Below, one piece after another: positions 37,173 through 45,902 of a stretch of 64,000 nucleotides of DNA; the stretch's first letter is position 1; every line of letters begins with the position of its first letter. The position numbers and the translations under genes were made by a program. Source of the DNA: Candidatus Dormibacteria bacterium (lineage in GTDB: Bacteria; Chloroflexota; Dormibacteria; Aeolococcales; Aeolococcaceae); the NCBI GenBank assembly GCA_050012735.1, contig JBEKGP010000003.1, forward strand, positions 13,149 through 77,148, given 5' to 3'. Under the pieces are notes generated by a model. The model was not told the origin of the DNA. It was given only the letters and a program-made list of their open reading frames with translations, and did not search any database.

Positions 37173-37353
37173 TGTGCCGTGCTACGCTCGACAATCGGTC
37201 CGGTCCTGCCGATCGGTTCCGCTCACCCTACGAGGAGACACTTTGGCGCGACGTCCATCTCGACCAGGCGCCACCCGCCGGCGCAGCCCGGTGCGGCGGC
37301 GTGATCCCACTGACACCACCAACTCCCCCGAGGTCAAGGAGGAGACGATTGAG

Positions 37354-37548
37354 ATGGATGCCACGGTGGTCGAGCCCCTGCCGAACGCCATGTTCAAGGT
37401 GCGTCTCAAGACCGGGCAGGACGTCCTCGCCTACACCTCCGGCAAGATGCGCAAGTTCTACATCCGCATCCTGATCGGCGACCAGGTGAGGGTGGAGCTG
37501 AGCCCCTACGACCTGAGCCGGGGACGTATCACCTTCCGCTACAAGTAG
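37354..37548 (+). CDS. infA: translation initiation factor IF-1
   Basis: The sequence [60 protein letters not shown] is near-canonical IF-1. The ATG at 37354 is preceded by AAGGAGGAG. An alternative GTG at 37291 would add 21 aa. Confidence 0.9.
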   Translation: MDATVVEPLPNAMFKVRLKTGQDVLAYTSGKMRKFYIRILIGDQVRVELSPYDLSRGRITFRYK

Positions 37549-38465
37549 TCGGGCCCGCGGTCGCGGAAGTGGGTGACCGTCGCCTCGAGGCCGGCGTCCA
37601 GCGAGCAGCGTGGGCGCCAGCCCAGGTGGGATGCGGCCAGCGACGCGTCCAGGCAGGAGCGCTGCTGCTCCCCGGGCTTGCCCGGTCCGTGGTCCGCGGG
37701 GGTTGACACCCCGATGATGCGAGCCAGCCGCCCGTGGAGCTCGTTCACATCGCATTCGGTGCCCGTGCCCACGTTGTAGGCGCCGGGCGGTCCCGCGATC
37801 GCCGCCAGGTTGGCCGCCACAACATCGGCGACGTAGACGTAGTCCCGGGTCTGGGTGCCGTCCCCGTTGATGGTCGGAACCTCGCCCCGCAGCATCCGCT
37901 CGGTGAAGATGGCGATCACGCCCGCCTCGCCGTGGGGGTCCTGGCGCGGTCCATAGACGTTGGCGTAGCGGAGCGCGACGAACTCGACGCCGTAGACGTG
38001 GCTGCAGACGCCGCCATACAGCTCCGCAGCGGCCTTGGCGGCGCCGTAGTTCGAGGCCGGCCGCTGCCGATGGCTCTCCGGCGTCGGGATCTCCTCGGTG
38101 TCGCCGTAGATCGCGCCTCCGCTGCTGGCGAAGACGACGCGGCGCACCCCTGCGGCAGCGCAGGCCTGAAGGAGGTTGACCGTGCCCAGCACATTGATCC
38201 TGGTGTCGAGCAACGGGTCCGCCAACGAGCGCCGGACATCGATCTGGGCCGCTTCGTGAAACACGATCTCGGGTCGGACCTCGCCGAGGATGCCGCCGAG
38301 ATCCTCGGTGACGTCGGCCTTGACAAAGCGTGCGGCCGGCGGCACCTGGGAGCGCCGTCCCCGTGAGAGGTCGTCCAGGACGGTGACCTCATGACCGGCC
38401 GCAAGCAGGGCTTCGGAGAGGTGGGAGCCGATGAAGCCCGCACCCCCGGTGACCAGCGCTCTCAT
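37539..38465 (-). CDS. NAD-dependent sugar epimerase (UDP-glucose 4-epimerase-like)
   Basis: It begins [16 protein letters not shown] (Rossmann GxxGxxG) and has the catalytic YGAAK (YxxxK). 309 aa. The track ORF to 39428 is an upstream run-on. Confidence 0.9.
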   Translation of the reverse strand: MRALVTGGAGFIGSHLSEALLAAGHEVTVLDDLSRGRRSQVPPAARFVKADVTEDLGGILGEVRPEIVFHEAAQIDVRRSLADPLLDTRINVLGTVNLLQACAAAGVRRVVFASSGGAIYGDTEEIPTPESHRQRPASNYGAAKAAAELYGGVCSHVYGVEFVALRYANVYGPRQDPHGEAGVIAIFTERMLRGEVPTINGDGTQTRDYVYVADVVAANLAAIAGPPGAYNVGTGTECDVNELHGRLARIIGVSTPADHGPGKPGEQQRSCLDASLAASHLGWRPRCSLDAGLEATVTHFRDRGPDYL

Positions 38466-39568
38466 CCCACGGAGTGGGTCACGGGGTGGGCGTCGTCCCG
38501 CAGCGCCCGGCCGCCCGGCTGCGCGGGTCTCGTCGCAGCGGCGTCCCGAGAGATCCAGAGGTGAACCAGGGCGAAGACGATGAACCCGACGATGAGCAGG
38601 CTGCCCCAGCTGATGCTGCCGTCCAGCAGGGCGATCGAGATCGCCAGGGTCTTGCTGAGGCCGGCCACGATGACGAGGGCGGTCGCCACGCCGGCCTGGA
38701 CCAGGCCGACCCCGCCGGGGGTGAAGGGGACCGTGGTCAGCAGCGCCGCCACCAGGGCGACGAGGACGAACTGCGACGGTCCCACCTGGCTGCTCAATCC
38801 GAGGGCGGCGATGACCAGCCCGAGGCGACCCGACTCGCAGGCCCAGACGGCCAGCGTCAGCCCGATCAGGGTCGGCCAGCGGCGCAGCGAGGTCACCGCC
38901 CCGCTGCGGAACGATTCGTAGCGGCGGACCAACCCATTGGGGAGGTGCCGGAGGACGCGGTTCCCCCGGCCCGCGCGCATCACCACGATCACCCCGATGC
39001 CGAACGCGCAGAGGAGCCCCCCGGTGATGACATAGGGGACCAGGGCCCCCGAGTCCTTCTTGTGGAAGACGTAGGCCCCCGATACGAGGAGCAGTGCCAC
39101 CACCACGCAGAGGTCGAGAAGGCGCTCGCTGACCACGGTCCCGAACGCCTTGCTGCCGGGGATGTGCTCCCGGACCCGGCCGAGGTAGGCGCGATAGACG
39201 TCCCCCATCTTGGCCGGGACGATGCAGTTGACGAAGAACGACGCAAGGACGAGCGGGGTCAGGCGGCGGGTCTTGCGCACCTCCCCGGAGTTGGCGAGGA
39301 GCACCTGCCAGCGGAGGCCGCGAGCGATGAAGGAGAGGTAGTAGACGACGATGGCGAGGAGGTAGAGGGAGAGGTTGGCGGATCGTATCTTGTCCCAGGC
39401 CTCCCCCCAGGGGATGTCCGCGCGCCACACAACCACCCCCACGATGAGGATCGCTGCAGCGATCGAGATCAGGGTTCGCTTGGTCAAGAAGCGGCCGGCA
39501 AGGGCCGGGGCCGCCTCGGCCCCTGGCTCGTCGACCACAGGGGTGGCTCCGCTCACGGTGGGACGCAC
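38462..39568 (-). CDS. UPF0104/lysylphosphatidylglycerol-synthase-TM-like (flippase-like) membrane protein
   Basis: 368 aa with about 8 TM segments. The motif ARGLRWQVLL near TM2 is typical of this family. Its stop overlaps the epimerase start (ATGA). Confidence 0.75.
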   Translation of the reverse strand: MRPTVSGATPVVDEPGAEAAPALAGRFLTKRTLISIAAAILIVGVVVWRADIPWGEAWDKIRSANLSLYLLAIVVYYLSFIARGLRWQVLLANSGEVRKTRRLTPLVLASFFVNCIVPAKMGDVYRAYLGRVREHIPGSKAFGTVVSERLLDLCVVVALLLVSGAYVFHKKDSGALVPYVITGGLLCAFGIGVIVVMRAGRGNRVLRHLPNGLVRRYESFRSGAVTSLRRWPTLIGLTLAVWACESGRLGLVIAALGLSSQVGPSQFVLVALVAALLTTVPFTPGGVGLVQAGVATALVIVAGLSKTLAISIALLDGSISWGSLLIVGFIVFALVHLWISRDAAATRPAQPGGRALRDDAHPVTHSVG

Positions 39569-39630
39569 CCTAGCACGCCATCCCTGACGGGCTGGTTACG
39601 CAGCTGCGGCAGGTCCGCCCCGGAAGCTGG

Positions 39631-40179
39631 TCACGGGCGGACGCGGCTGATCAGCGGGCCCTCCGGGACGGGGGGCGATGCAGTCCCGCCGGCATCTCGC
39701 TCGGCCAGGATGCGCGCCACCTGGTTGACGTGGGCGTCCGCTCCAGAGCGGGCCCCGACGGGCCGGCTGTCCCACTGCCGCAGCTTGAACACCCCCTTGA
39801 GGGAGGAGTACGGGATGCCCAGGGTCCGCATCTCCGGGGATCCTGGCTCCACCGACCTCCACAGGCCCCCGAAGCGCCCAAGAACGGAATCGGGGGCGAC
39901 CGAGGCGCGCAGCACCTGTCCGTCCACAAAGTGGAAGGCGGCTCGGTCCCAGCCCGTGAGGTCCTCGGGTGCCGGCACGGGCTGGCCCACCACCAGCTGC
40001 CGTATGGCGGTGAGGGGGAAGAGTGCCCGCTCGTTGTTGGGGTCGGCGCCGCGGACCTCGGCCTCGAGCAGCGGGCGGTCAAAGCTCAGGTCGTCGACGT
40101 CGGCGTGGACGATCTCACCGTCCAGGAAGCTGAGCAGGACGAGCGGCACGGACCGAGGGTACCAGGAGCGGCGGGACAT
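39631..40179 (-). CDS. hypothetical protein with two weakly similar ~60-aa halves
   Basis: The ORF lies 57 nt downstream of the histone-like gene on the same strand. ATG 40179 is preferred over the track start at 40218. No family was recognised. Confidence 0.5.
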   Translation of the reverse strand: MSRRSWYPRSVPLVLLSFLDGEIVHADVDDLSFDRPLLEAEVRGADPNNERALFPLTAIRQLVVGQPVPAPEDLTGWDRAAFHFVDGQVLRASVAPDSVLGRFGGLWRSVEPGSPEMRTLGIPYSSLKGVFKLRQWDSRPVGARSGADAHVNQVARILAERDAGGTASPPVPEGPLISRVRP

Positions 40180-40236
40180 GAGAAAGGCCCCCGGGAGCTG
40201 TGCTCCCGGGGGCCTCAAATGCTGGGATCAGATCCC

Positions 40237-40806
40237 TCAGGGTGCCGGCGGTGCCGCGGGGGCGACCACCGGGGCGACGCGCTTCACCGCACGCTTCACG
40301 GTGCGCTTGGTGACGGTGCGCTTGGCTGCCGGTGCCCGCTTGGCAACGGTGCGCTTGGCTGCCGGTGCCCGCTTGGCGACGGTGCGCTTGGCTGTCGGTG
40401 CCCGCTTGGCGACGGTGCGCTTGGCTGCCGGTGCCCGCTTGGCGACGGTGCGCTTGGCTGCCGGTGCCCGCTTGGCAACGGTGCGCTTGGCGGCCGGTGC
40501 CCGCTTGGCAACACGGCGCTTCACGCCGCGCTTGGCCGGCGCACGCTTCGCGGTGCCACCGCGCACTGCCGAGGCGACTTGCCCAATCGCCTTGCGCAGC
40601 TCGCTGTCGATCTTCTCGACCGACTTCTCGAGCCCTGCGAGTCGCTTCTCCAGCTCATTGACGGGCAGTGCCTTGACGAGACCCTGGACCGCCTTGAGGA
40701 GATCTCCGCCGGCTCCGCTGCGCGGTGCCGCGGCGCGTGCCCGGCGAACCGTGGCTTTGACGGCTCGCTTTGCGGTGCCGCTCTTGCTTCGTCTGGTCCT
40801 GGCCAT
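40237..40806 (-). CDS. histone H1-like/Lys-Ala-Pro repeat nucleoid-associated protein
   Basis: 189 aa from the ATG at 40806, which is preceded by GGAGG. The N-terminus is basic, followed by a short coiled-coil-like segment and then six KRTVAKRAPAA repeats. Confidence 0.75.
   Translation of the reverse strand: MARTRRSKSGTAKRAVKATVRRARAAAPRSGAGGDLLKAVQGLVKALPVNELEKRLAGLEKSVEKIDSELRKAIGQVASAVRGGTAKRAPAKRGVKRRVAKRAPAAKRTVAKRAPAAKRTVAKRAPAAKRTVAKRAPTAKRTVAKRAPAAKRTVAKRAPAAKRTVTKRTVKRAVKRVAPVVAPAAPPAP
40313..40510. repeat. six tandem copies of a 33-bp unit (encoding KRTVAKRAPAA) inside the histone-like gene
   Basis: The unit ACGGTGCGCTTGGCTGCCGGTGCCCGCTTGGCG repeats head-to-tail with only 1-2 substitutions per copy. 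Confidence 0.9.
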
Positions 40807-41188
40807 ATGCTGAAAGCCTCCGTTGGTGGTGACAGTCAGCGGGTCTGCCGGCTGCCGGTCCTGCGTTTTGGACAGGGAGCGGATAATCGCTCCCGTCAGG
40901 ATTGTCACATAGCATGCGGCCTACATACATGGATGTCAACGTGTGAGGGCGATCGTTACCACCGCAAAGGTGCTCTCGGCTGCCTTCCAACGGGTGCAGT
41001 CCACCGTGTGGCGCGACCTCCACGACGCAATGACGGACGTGCTCGACGCGACTCGCATGCACGCGGCGCAGGTCGGTGCGCCGTCCCTGTCACCGCATAC
41101 ACGAGCCGTGCGGATCGGCGATTGCCGTGTGTGGATGATCTCAGCGCCCGGCTCCCATGCGGCGATCCAGGTCAGACATCCGCTTCCG

Positions 41189-41749
41189 TCAATCGAGCCG
41201 TCGGTACCAGAGTGAGGTGGGACGCAGGCCGGAGCGGTCAGGCCGCATTGCGTAATCGGGAATGACTCCCACCTTGATCCAACCCATGTGGGCGTAGAGA
41301 TGCTCCGCGTCGCTCCCGGTCTCCGTATCGAGGATCAGCAGGGTGCGCCCCAGGGCTCGGGCCTCGATCTCCAGCTGCTTCATGAGGCGGGCGCCGACTC
41401 CCAACCGCCGCGCGGAGCGGTGGACCAGCATCTTCTGCACCTCGGCGCGGTGGGTGGCGTTGGACTGCCATGAGAGCATCAGCTGCACGCAGCCAACCAG
41501 CCGATCGTCGAGGAAGGCGGCGAGCACGACCCGGCGACCCAGGTCCATCTCGTTGAGCACGCCCGCGAACCAGTCCCGGGCCTCGTAGTGGGCGAGCGGT
41601 GCGACGAAGCTCACCGATGCGCCTCCCTCCACGGAGTCGACCAGCAGGTCGGCCAGGTTATCGAGGTGACGGCGGGCGGAGAGGGCGTCGAGGCGGCGAA
41701 TGACCACCTCGGGTCGGCGCCGGGCGGCGGGCTCGGTCACTGCACTCAC
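41189..41749 (-). CDS. GNAT family N-acetyltransferase
   Basis: 186 aa with the core VHRSARRLGVGARLMKQLEIEARALG and a GW...Y tail. Confidence 0.85.
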   Translation of the reverse strand: MSAVTEPAARRRPEVVIRRLDALSARRHLDNLADLLVDSVEGGASVSFVAPLAHYEARDWFAGVLNEMDLGRRVVLAAFLDDRLVGCVQLMLSWQSNATHRAEVQKMLVHRSARRLGVGARLMKQLEIEARALGRTLLILDTETGSDAEHLYAHMGWIKVGVIPDYAMRPDRSGLRPTSLWYRRLD

Positions 41750-41755
41750 GGCAGA

Positions 41756-41761
41756 AGGTTA
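41756..41761 (-). promoter_or_regulatory. candidate -10 box (TAACCT) for the leaderless GNAT gene
   Basis: The minus strand reads TAACCT tctgcc GTG, a 6-nt spacing. Confidence 0.3.
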
Positions 41762-41794
41762 CATGCCGGATGCGCGGGTGCATCATCGACGGTG

Positions 41795-42802
41795 ATGCCG
41801 GCGGTTCGGGCCTCCACCTATCGGGCGATGGTTCTCCGCGAGCGAGGCTCCCCCCTCGCCGCGGAGCAACGCCCTGTGCCCGAGCCCCTGGAACACCAGG
41901 TGGTGCTGCGGGTCGCGGCCTGCGCCGTCTGTCGCACCGATCTCCACGTCGTGGATGGGGAGCTGGACCGCGGTGTCCTGCCCATCGTGCTCGGGCACCA
42001 GGTGGTGGGCAGGGTCGTGTCAGCGGGGCCGGACTCCGTCGTGCAGGTCGGAGAGCGGGTGGGCGTGCCGTGGCTGGCCTCCACGTGCGGCCGCTGCGAG
42101 ATGTGTGCCGCGGGGCGCGAGAACCTCTGCACCTCCGCTCGATTCACCGGCTGCGACGTCGACGGCGGTTTCGCCGAGCTCGTCCTGGCCGACTCCCGCT
42201 TCTGCCTCCGCCTGCCCGAGGTCTACGGGGATGTCGAGGCGGCGCCGCTCCTCTGCGGCGGCCTCATCGGCTTCCGAGCGCTTCGCATGGCGGGCCAGGT
42301 GTCGCGGCTGGGCCTTTACGGCTTCGGCAGCGCCGCACACCTGATCGCGCAGGTGGCCGGCCACCGTGGGGCCGCGGTCTACGCCTTCACGCGGGCCGGA
42401 GATCTCGCCGGCCAGGACTTTGCCCGCAGCCTGGGGGCGGCGTGGGCGGGGGACAGCACCGGCCCTGCTCCCGTGTCCCTCGACGCCGCCATCATCTTTG
42501 CCCCGGTCGGCGAGCTGGTGCCGCTCGCACTCGCGGCGGTGCGGCCCGGGGGCACCGTGGTCTGCGCCGGCATTCACATGAGCGACATCCCCCGGTTCCC
42601 CTATTCGCTGCTCTGGGACGAGCGCTCGATCCGTTCCGTGGCCAATCTCACCCGGGAGGACGGCGCCGAGTTCATGGCCCTGGCGGCGGAGGCGCGGCTC
42701 GACGTCCTGACCGAGGTGCTGCCCCTGGCCAAGGCGGATCGGGCCCTGGAACTGGTCCGGGCCGGCCTGGCGCGGGGGACGGTCGTCCTGGTTCCGGACT
42801 GA
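41795..42802 (+). CDS. zinc-dependent alcohol dehydrogenase family oxidoreductase
   Basis: It has CAVCRTDLHVVDGE, GHQVVG, the structural-zinc motif CGRCEMCAAGRENLC, and a GxGxxA Rossmann motif. Confidence 0.9.
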   Translation: MPAVRASTYRAMVLRERGSPLAAEQRPVPEPLEHQVVLRVAACAVCRTDLHVVDGELDRGVLPIVLGHQVVGRVVSAGPDSVVQVGERVGVPWLASTCGRCEMCAAGRENLCTSARFTGCDVDGGFAELVLADSRFCLRLPEVYGDVEAAPLLCGGLIGFRALRMAGQVSRLGLYGFGSAAHLIAQVAGHRGAAVYAFTRAGDLAGQDFARSLGAAWAGDSTGPAPVSLDAAIIFAPVGELVPLALAAVRPGGTVVCAGIHMSDIPRFPYSLLWDERSIRSVANLTREDGAEFMALAAEARLDVLTEVLPLAKADRALELVRAGLARGTVVLVPD

Positions 42803-42905
42803 GAGAGCCGCTCCGAGCCCGGTGACGGCGTGACGCGGGCCATCCACCGGCCGGGCTGCGCAGCTGGGAGGTGTGAGATCTTTGTCAGCGGGTACAAATA
42901 CCCCC

Positions 42906-45242
42906 ATGACCGAGCACAGCGCCGAGCTTCTTCCGATCCTTCCTCTTGACGACGTCGTCGTTCTGCCTCACATGACCGTGACCGTCGCGGTCCAGGGAGA
43001 GGCCCAGCGTGCCGCCGTCGAGGCGGCCAACCAGGGTAATCGCCTCGTCCTCCTGGTCCCCCGCATCGAGGGCAAGTTCGGCAGCATCGGCACCGTCGCA
43101 CGGGTGCAGGAGTCGGGCAAGCTGCCCACCGGTGCCGAGGTCTCGATCCTCACCGGGCAGTACCGCGCCCGTCTCGGCGCGGGGCAGGCGGATGTGGGCG
43201 GTGCGCTCTGGGTGCAGGTCGACCCTGCCCCGGACGACGAGAACCCCTCCGAGGCCGTGGTCGAATTGGCGCGCGAATATCGCGCGCTGGTCGAGAGCCT
43301 GCTGGAGATCCGGGGCGCCAGCGGAGCCATCCAGTTTCTCCGCGAAGCCCGCGCCCCCGGACACCTGGCCGACCTCTCCGGGTACTCCCCCGACTTCAGC
43401 CTGGCCCAGAAGCTGGAGATCCTGGAGGCGCTCGACGTCGAGAAGCGGCTGACCCTCGTCATCGCTTGGACCAAGGAGGCGCTCGGCGAGGCCGATCTCA
43501 AGGACCGCATCCGCACCGAGGTGGCCGAGGGGATGCAGAAGAACCAGCGCGAGTTCATTCTGCGCCAGCAGCTCGAGACCATCAAGAAGGAGCTGGGCGA
43601 GGGCGGCGACGACGTCGTCTCCACCTATCGCAAGCGGCTCGCTGACGCCGGCATGCCGGAGAAGGTGGCGGCCGAGGTGGAGCACGAGCTCGACCGGCTG
43701 GAGCGCACCAGTGAGCAGAGCCCGGAGCACGGCTGGATCCGGACCTACCTGGACTGGATGCTCGACCTTCCCTGGGACGTGCGCTCCGATGACAACTTCG
43801 ACCTCACCGCGGCGCGCAAGGTGCTGGATACGGACCACACCGGGCTCGAGGACGTCAAGGACCGGATCATCGAGTTCCTCGCGGTCCGGAAGCTGCGCAA
43901 GGAGCGCGGATTGGAGGTGATCGGCGGGCGGGGCTCGGGGGCGATCATCACCCTGGTCGGCCCACCCGGCGTCGGCAAGACCTCGCTCGGCGAGTCGGTC
44001 GCGCGAGCCCTGGGGCGCAAGTTCGCCCGCGTCTCGCTGGGAGGCATCCGCGACGAGGCCGACATCCGCGGTTTTCGCCGCACCTACGTCGGCGCCCAGC
44101 CCGGGCGCATCGTCCGCGCCCTCAAGGAGGCGGGCACCAAGAACCCCGTGATCATGCTGGACGAGATCGACAAGGTCGGCGCCGACTGGCGCGGTGACCC
44201 CTCCTCGGCACTCCTCGAGGTGCTCGATCCCGCCCAGAACAACACCTTCCGCGATCACTACCTGGAGGTCGACCTGGATCTCTCCGAGGTGCTCTTCATC
44301 CCCACCGCCAACGTCTCGGAGACCATCCCGGCCCCCCTCCTCGACCGCATGGAGCTGATCCGGCTCGACGGCTACACCGAGCAGGAGAAGCTGGCCATCG
44401 CCCGCGATCATCTGCTCCCTCGTCAGGTCGCCCAGGCGGGGCTGCGGCCGGAGGAGATCGAGGTCGGCGACGACGCCATCCTCAAGGTGGTCACCGATCA
44501 CACCCGTGAGGCCGGGGTCCGCAACCTGGAGCGCGAGCTGGGCCGGATCACCCGCAAGCTGGCCACCCGGATCGCCACCGATGCCGTGGAGACACCGGTT
44601 AAGGTCGGATCTGACCAGATCAGGGACTATCTCGGCAAGCCCAAGTTCGACAACGAGGTGGAGGAACGGACGGCGGTTCCCGGCGTGGCCACCGGGCTGG
44701 CCGTCACCGGTGCGGGCGGCGACGTCCTCTTCGTCGAGGCGGCCACCGGCGGCTCCGACGGCAACCTCCTCCTGACCGGTCAGCTCGGTGACGTGATGAA
44801 GGAGTCCGCGCAGATCGCGCTCTCCTACGTCCGTTCCCACACCGAGCGGTTGGGGATCAGTGCCGAGGCGGCCGCCAAGGGCTTCCACATCCACGTCCCC
44901 GAGGGCGCGGTGCCCAAGGACGGGCCCTCGGCCGGGGTCACCATGACCACGGCGATCGTCAGCCTGCTCACCGGGCGCCCGGTGCGGAGCACGGTGGGGA
45001 TGACCGGCGAGGTCACGCTGCAGGGGCTGGTGCTGCCCATCGGCGGGGTCAAGCAGAAGGTGCTCGCAGCCCACCGCATGGGCCTCACCGAGGTGATCCT
45101 GCCCCGGCGCAACGAGCAGGACCTGGACGACGTGCCCGAGAGCGTCCGCACGGCGATGAAGTTCCACCTGGCGAGCCGCGTCGACGACGTGCTCGCCATC
45201 GCCCTCGAGCCGCCCGGCGCGGAGACCGGCGCGGCCGCCTGA
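42906..45242 (+). CDS. lon: ATP-dependent Lon protease
   Basis: It has a LON N-domain, AAA+ Walker A GPPGVGKTS, Walker B IMLDEIDK, and a protease domain with KDGPSAG (catalytic Ser). The ATG at 42906 is preferred to the track start at 42873. Confidence 0.97.
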   Translation: MTEHSAELLPILPLDDVVVLPHMTVTVAVQGEAQRAAVEAANQGNRLVLLVPRIEGKFGSIGTVARVQESGKLPTGAEVSILTGQYRARLGAGQADVGGALWVQVDPAPDDENPSEAVVELAREYRALVESLLEIRGASGAIQFLREARAPGHLADLSGYSPDFSLAQKLEILEALDVEKRLTLVIAWTKEALGEADLKDRIRTEVAEGMQKNQREFILRQQLETIKKELGEGGDDVVSTYRKRLADAGMPEKVAAEVEHELDRLERTSEQSPEHGWIRTYLDWMLDLPWDVRSDDNFDLTAARKVLDTDHTGLEDVKDRIIEFLAVRKLRKERGLEVIGGRGSGAIITLVGPPGVGKTSLGESVARALGRKFARVSLGGIRDEADIRGFRRTYVGAQPGRIVRALKEAGTKNPVIMLDEIDKVGADWRGDPSSALLEVLDPAQNNTFRDHYLEVDLDLSEVLFIPTANVSETIPAPLLDRMELIRLDGYTEQEKLAIARDHLLPRQVAQAGLRPEEIEVGDDAILKVVTDHTREAGVRNLERELGRITRKLATRIATDAVETPVKVGSDQIRDYLGKPKFDNEVEERTAVPGVATGLAVTGAGGDVLFVEAATGGSDGNLLLTGQLGDVMKESAQIALSYVRSHTERLGISAEAAAKGFHIHVPEGAVPKDGPSAGVTMTTAIVSLLTGRPVRSTVGMTGEVTLQGLVLPIGGVKQKVLAAHRMGLTEVILPRRNEQDLDDVPESVRTAMKFHLASRVDDVLAIALEPPGAETGAAA

Positions 45243-45297
45243 GTCGCGCACTCGCCGCCGGAGCCAGAGGCCGGCCGAAAGCCTCTTACCGCCCCCC

Positions 45298-45303
45298 TAT
45301 ACT
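45298..45303 (+). promoter_or_regulatory. candidate -10 box (TATACT) for the leaderless gene at 45313
   Basis: The sequence reads TATACT cgatttgcc GTG, a 9-nt spacing. Confidence 0.3.
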
Positions 45304-45312
45304 CGATTTGCC

Positions 45313-45696
45313 GTGAGCGACCTGGCCCCGCTGAATGATGAGATCGACACCCTCATGGGCAGCCTCCGCGCCGAGTCGCGGGACATCCGGGTCTTCTTCC
45401 AGGTCTTCGCCGGCAAGCTGGCCTTCGCTCTCCCGGATGCCGTCGAGATCGAGCGTGACGGCTCGCTCTTCACGCGACGGCGGCCGATCCGGAGGATCAC
45501 GGTGCGGGTGGGCGAGGACATCCTGGAGGCCGAGATGACCCGGGAGGGGCTGGTCTGTCGCGAGGTCCAGGTCCTCAACGGGTTGACCGAGGAGATCAGC
45601 TTCGAAGCCTGGATGCGGGTGCTCGCGGCGTCGCTCCGGCTCAAGGCGCGGAGCACCGCGGAGGCCAGTGCCGTCCTCCGCAGCCTGCTCACCTGA
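45313..45696 (+). CDS. hypothetical protein (127 aa)
   Basis: The ORF has coding-like composition and lies between lon and the guaB3-type gene. No motif was recognised. Confidence 0.5.
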   Translation: MSDLAPLNDEIDTLMGSLRAESRDIRVFFQVFAGKLAFALPDAVEIERDGSLFTRRRPIRRITVRVGEDILEAEMTREGLVCREVQVLNGLTEEISFEAWMRVLAASLRLKARSTAEASAVLRSLLT

Positions 45697-45902
45697 CCCG
45701 CGGGCCCCGCCCCTGCGCCTCCACGGGCCGGCATGGGATCCGTCGTCGCCCCCGACGGTAATTCCATGGTGCACCAGATGTTGTGCTCGGCCTGGTGGCG
45801 GGCCACCAGATGGGGGACGGGCCTCGAGAGGCCTCTGGTACCATTCGGCGATGGGAGAGCACCTCGTGCGGCCGGCCAGAAGGGGGGTCGGAGGGAGGCG
45901 AG

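Noticed and set aside
37174-37290. The far-upstream GTG start (37174) for infA.
   Set aside because: The first ~35 codons have noncoding-like third positions, and the start sits inside the repeat/hairpin block.
36984-37353. A cobalamin, SAM or SAH riboswitch in the metH leader.
   Set aside because: I could not find a B12 box, the S-box or SAM-IV core sequences, or the SAH riboswitch conserved segments on the minus strand. A covariance-model scan would be needed to exclude them formally.
40943-41215. A 90-codon ORF (GTG start) in the long intergenic region.
   Set aside because: It has no ribosome-binding site or -10 box at the right distance. Third-position GC decays in its second half, its 3' end overlaps the GNAT gene, and it has no motif. 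It is kept only as a possibility under the intergenic-region finding.
42803-42905. Heat-shock operators (HAIR/CIRCE) upstream of lon.
   Set aside because: No CTTGAGT-N7-ACTCAAG or TTAGCACTC-N9-GAGTGCTAA-like inverted repeat is present.
42885-45251. A 788-aa ORF on the minus strand that mirrors the whole lon gene. Similar long antisense or shadow ORFs occur at 241..2205, 13248..15260, 14506..16329, 38474..40813, 49081..50433 and 32778..34844.
   Set aside because: Their products are Arg/Gly/Pro/Ala/Asp/His-rich low-complexity strings with no motifs. They exactly shadow genes that have strong family signatures. Stop codons are rare in the antisense frames of high-GC coding DNA.
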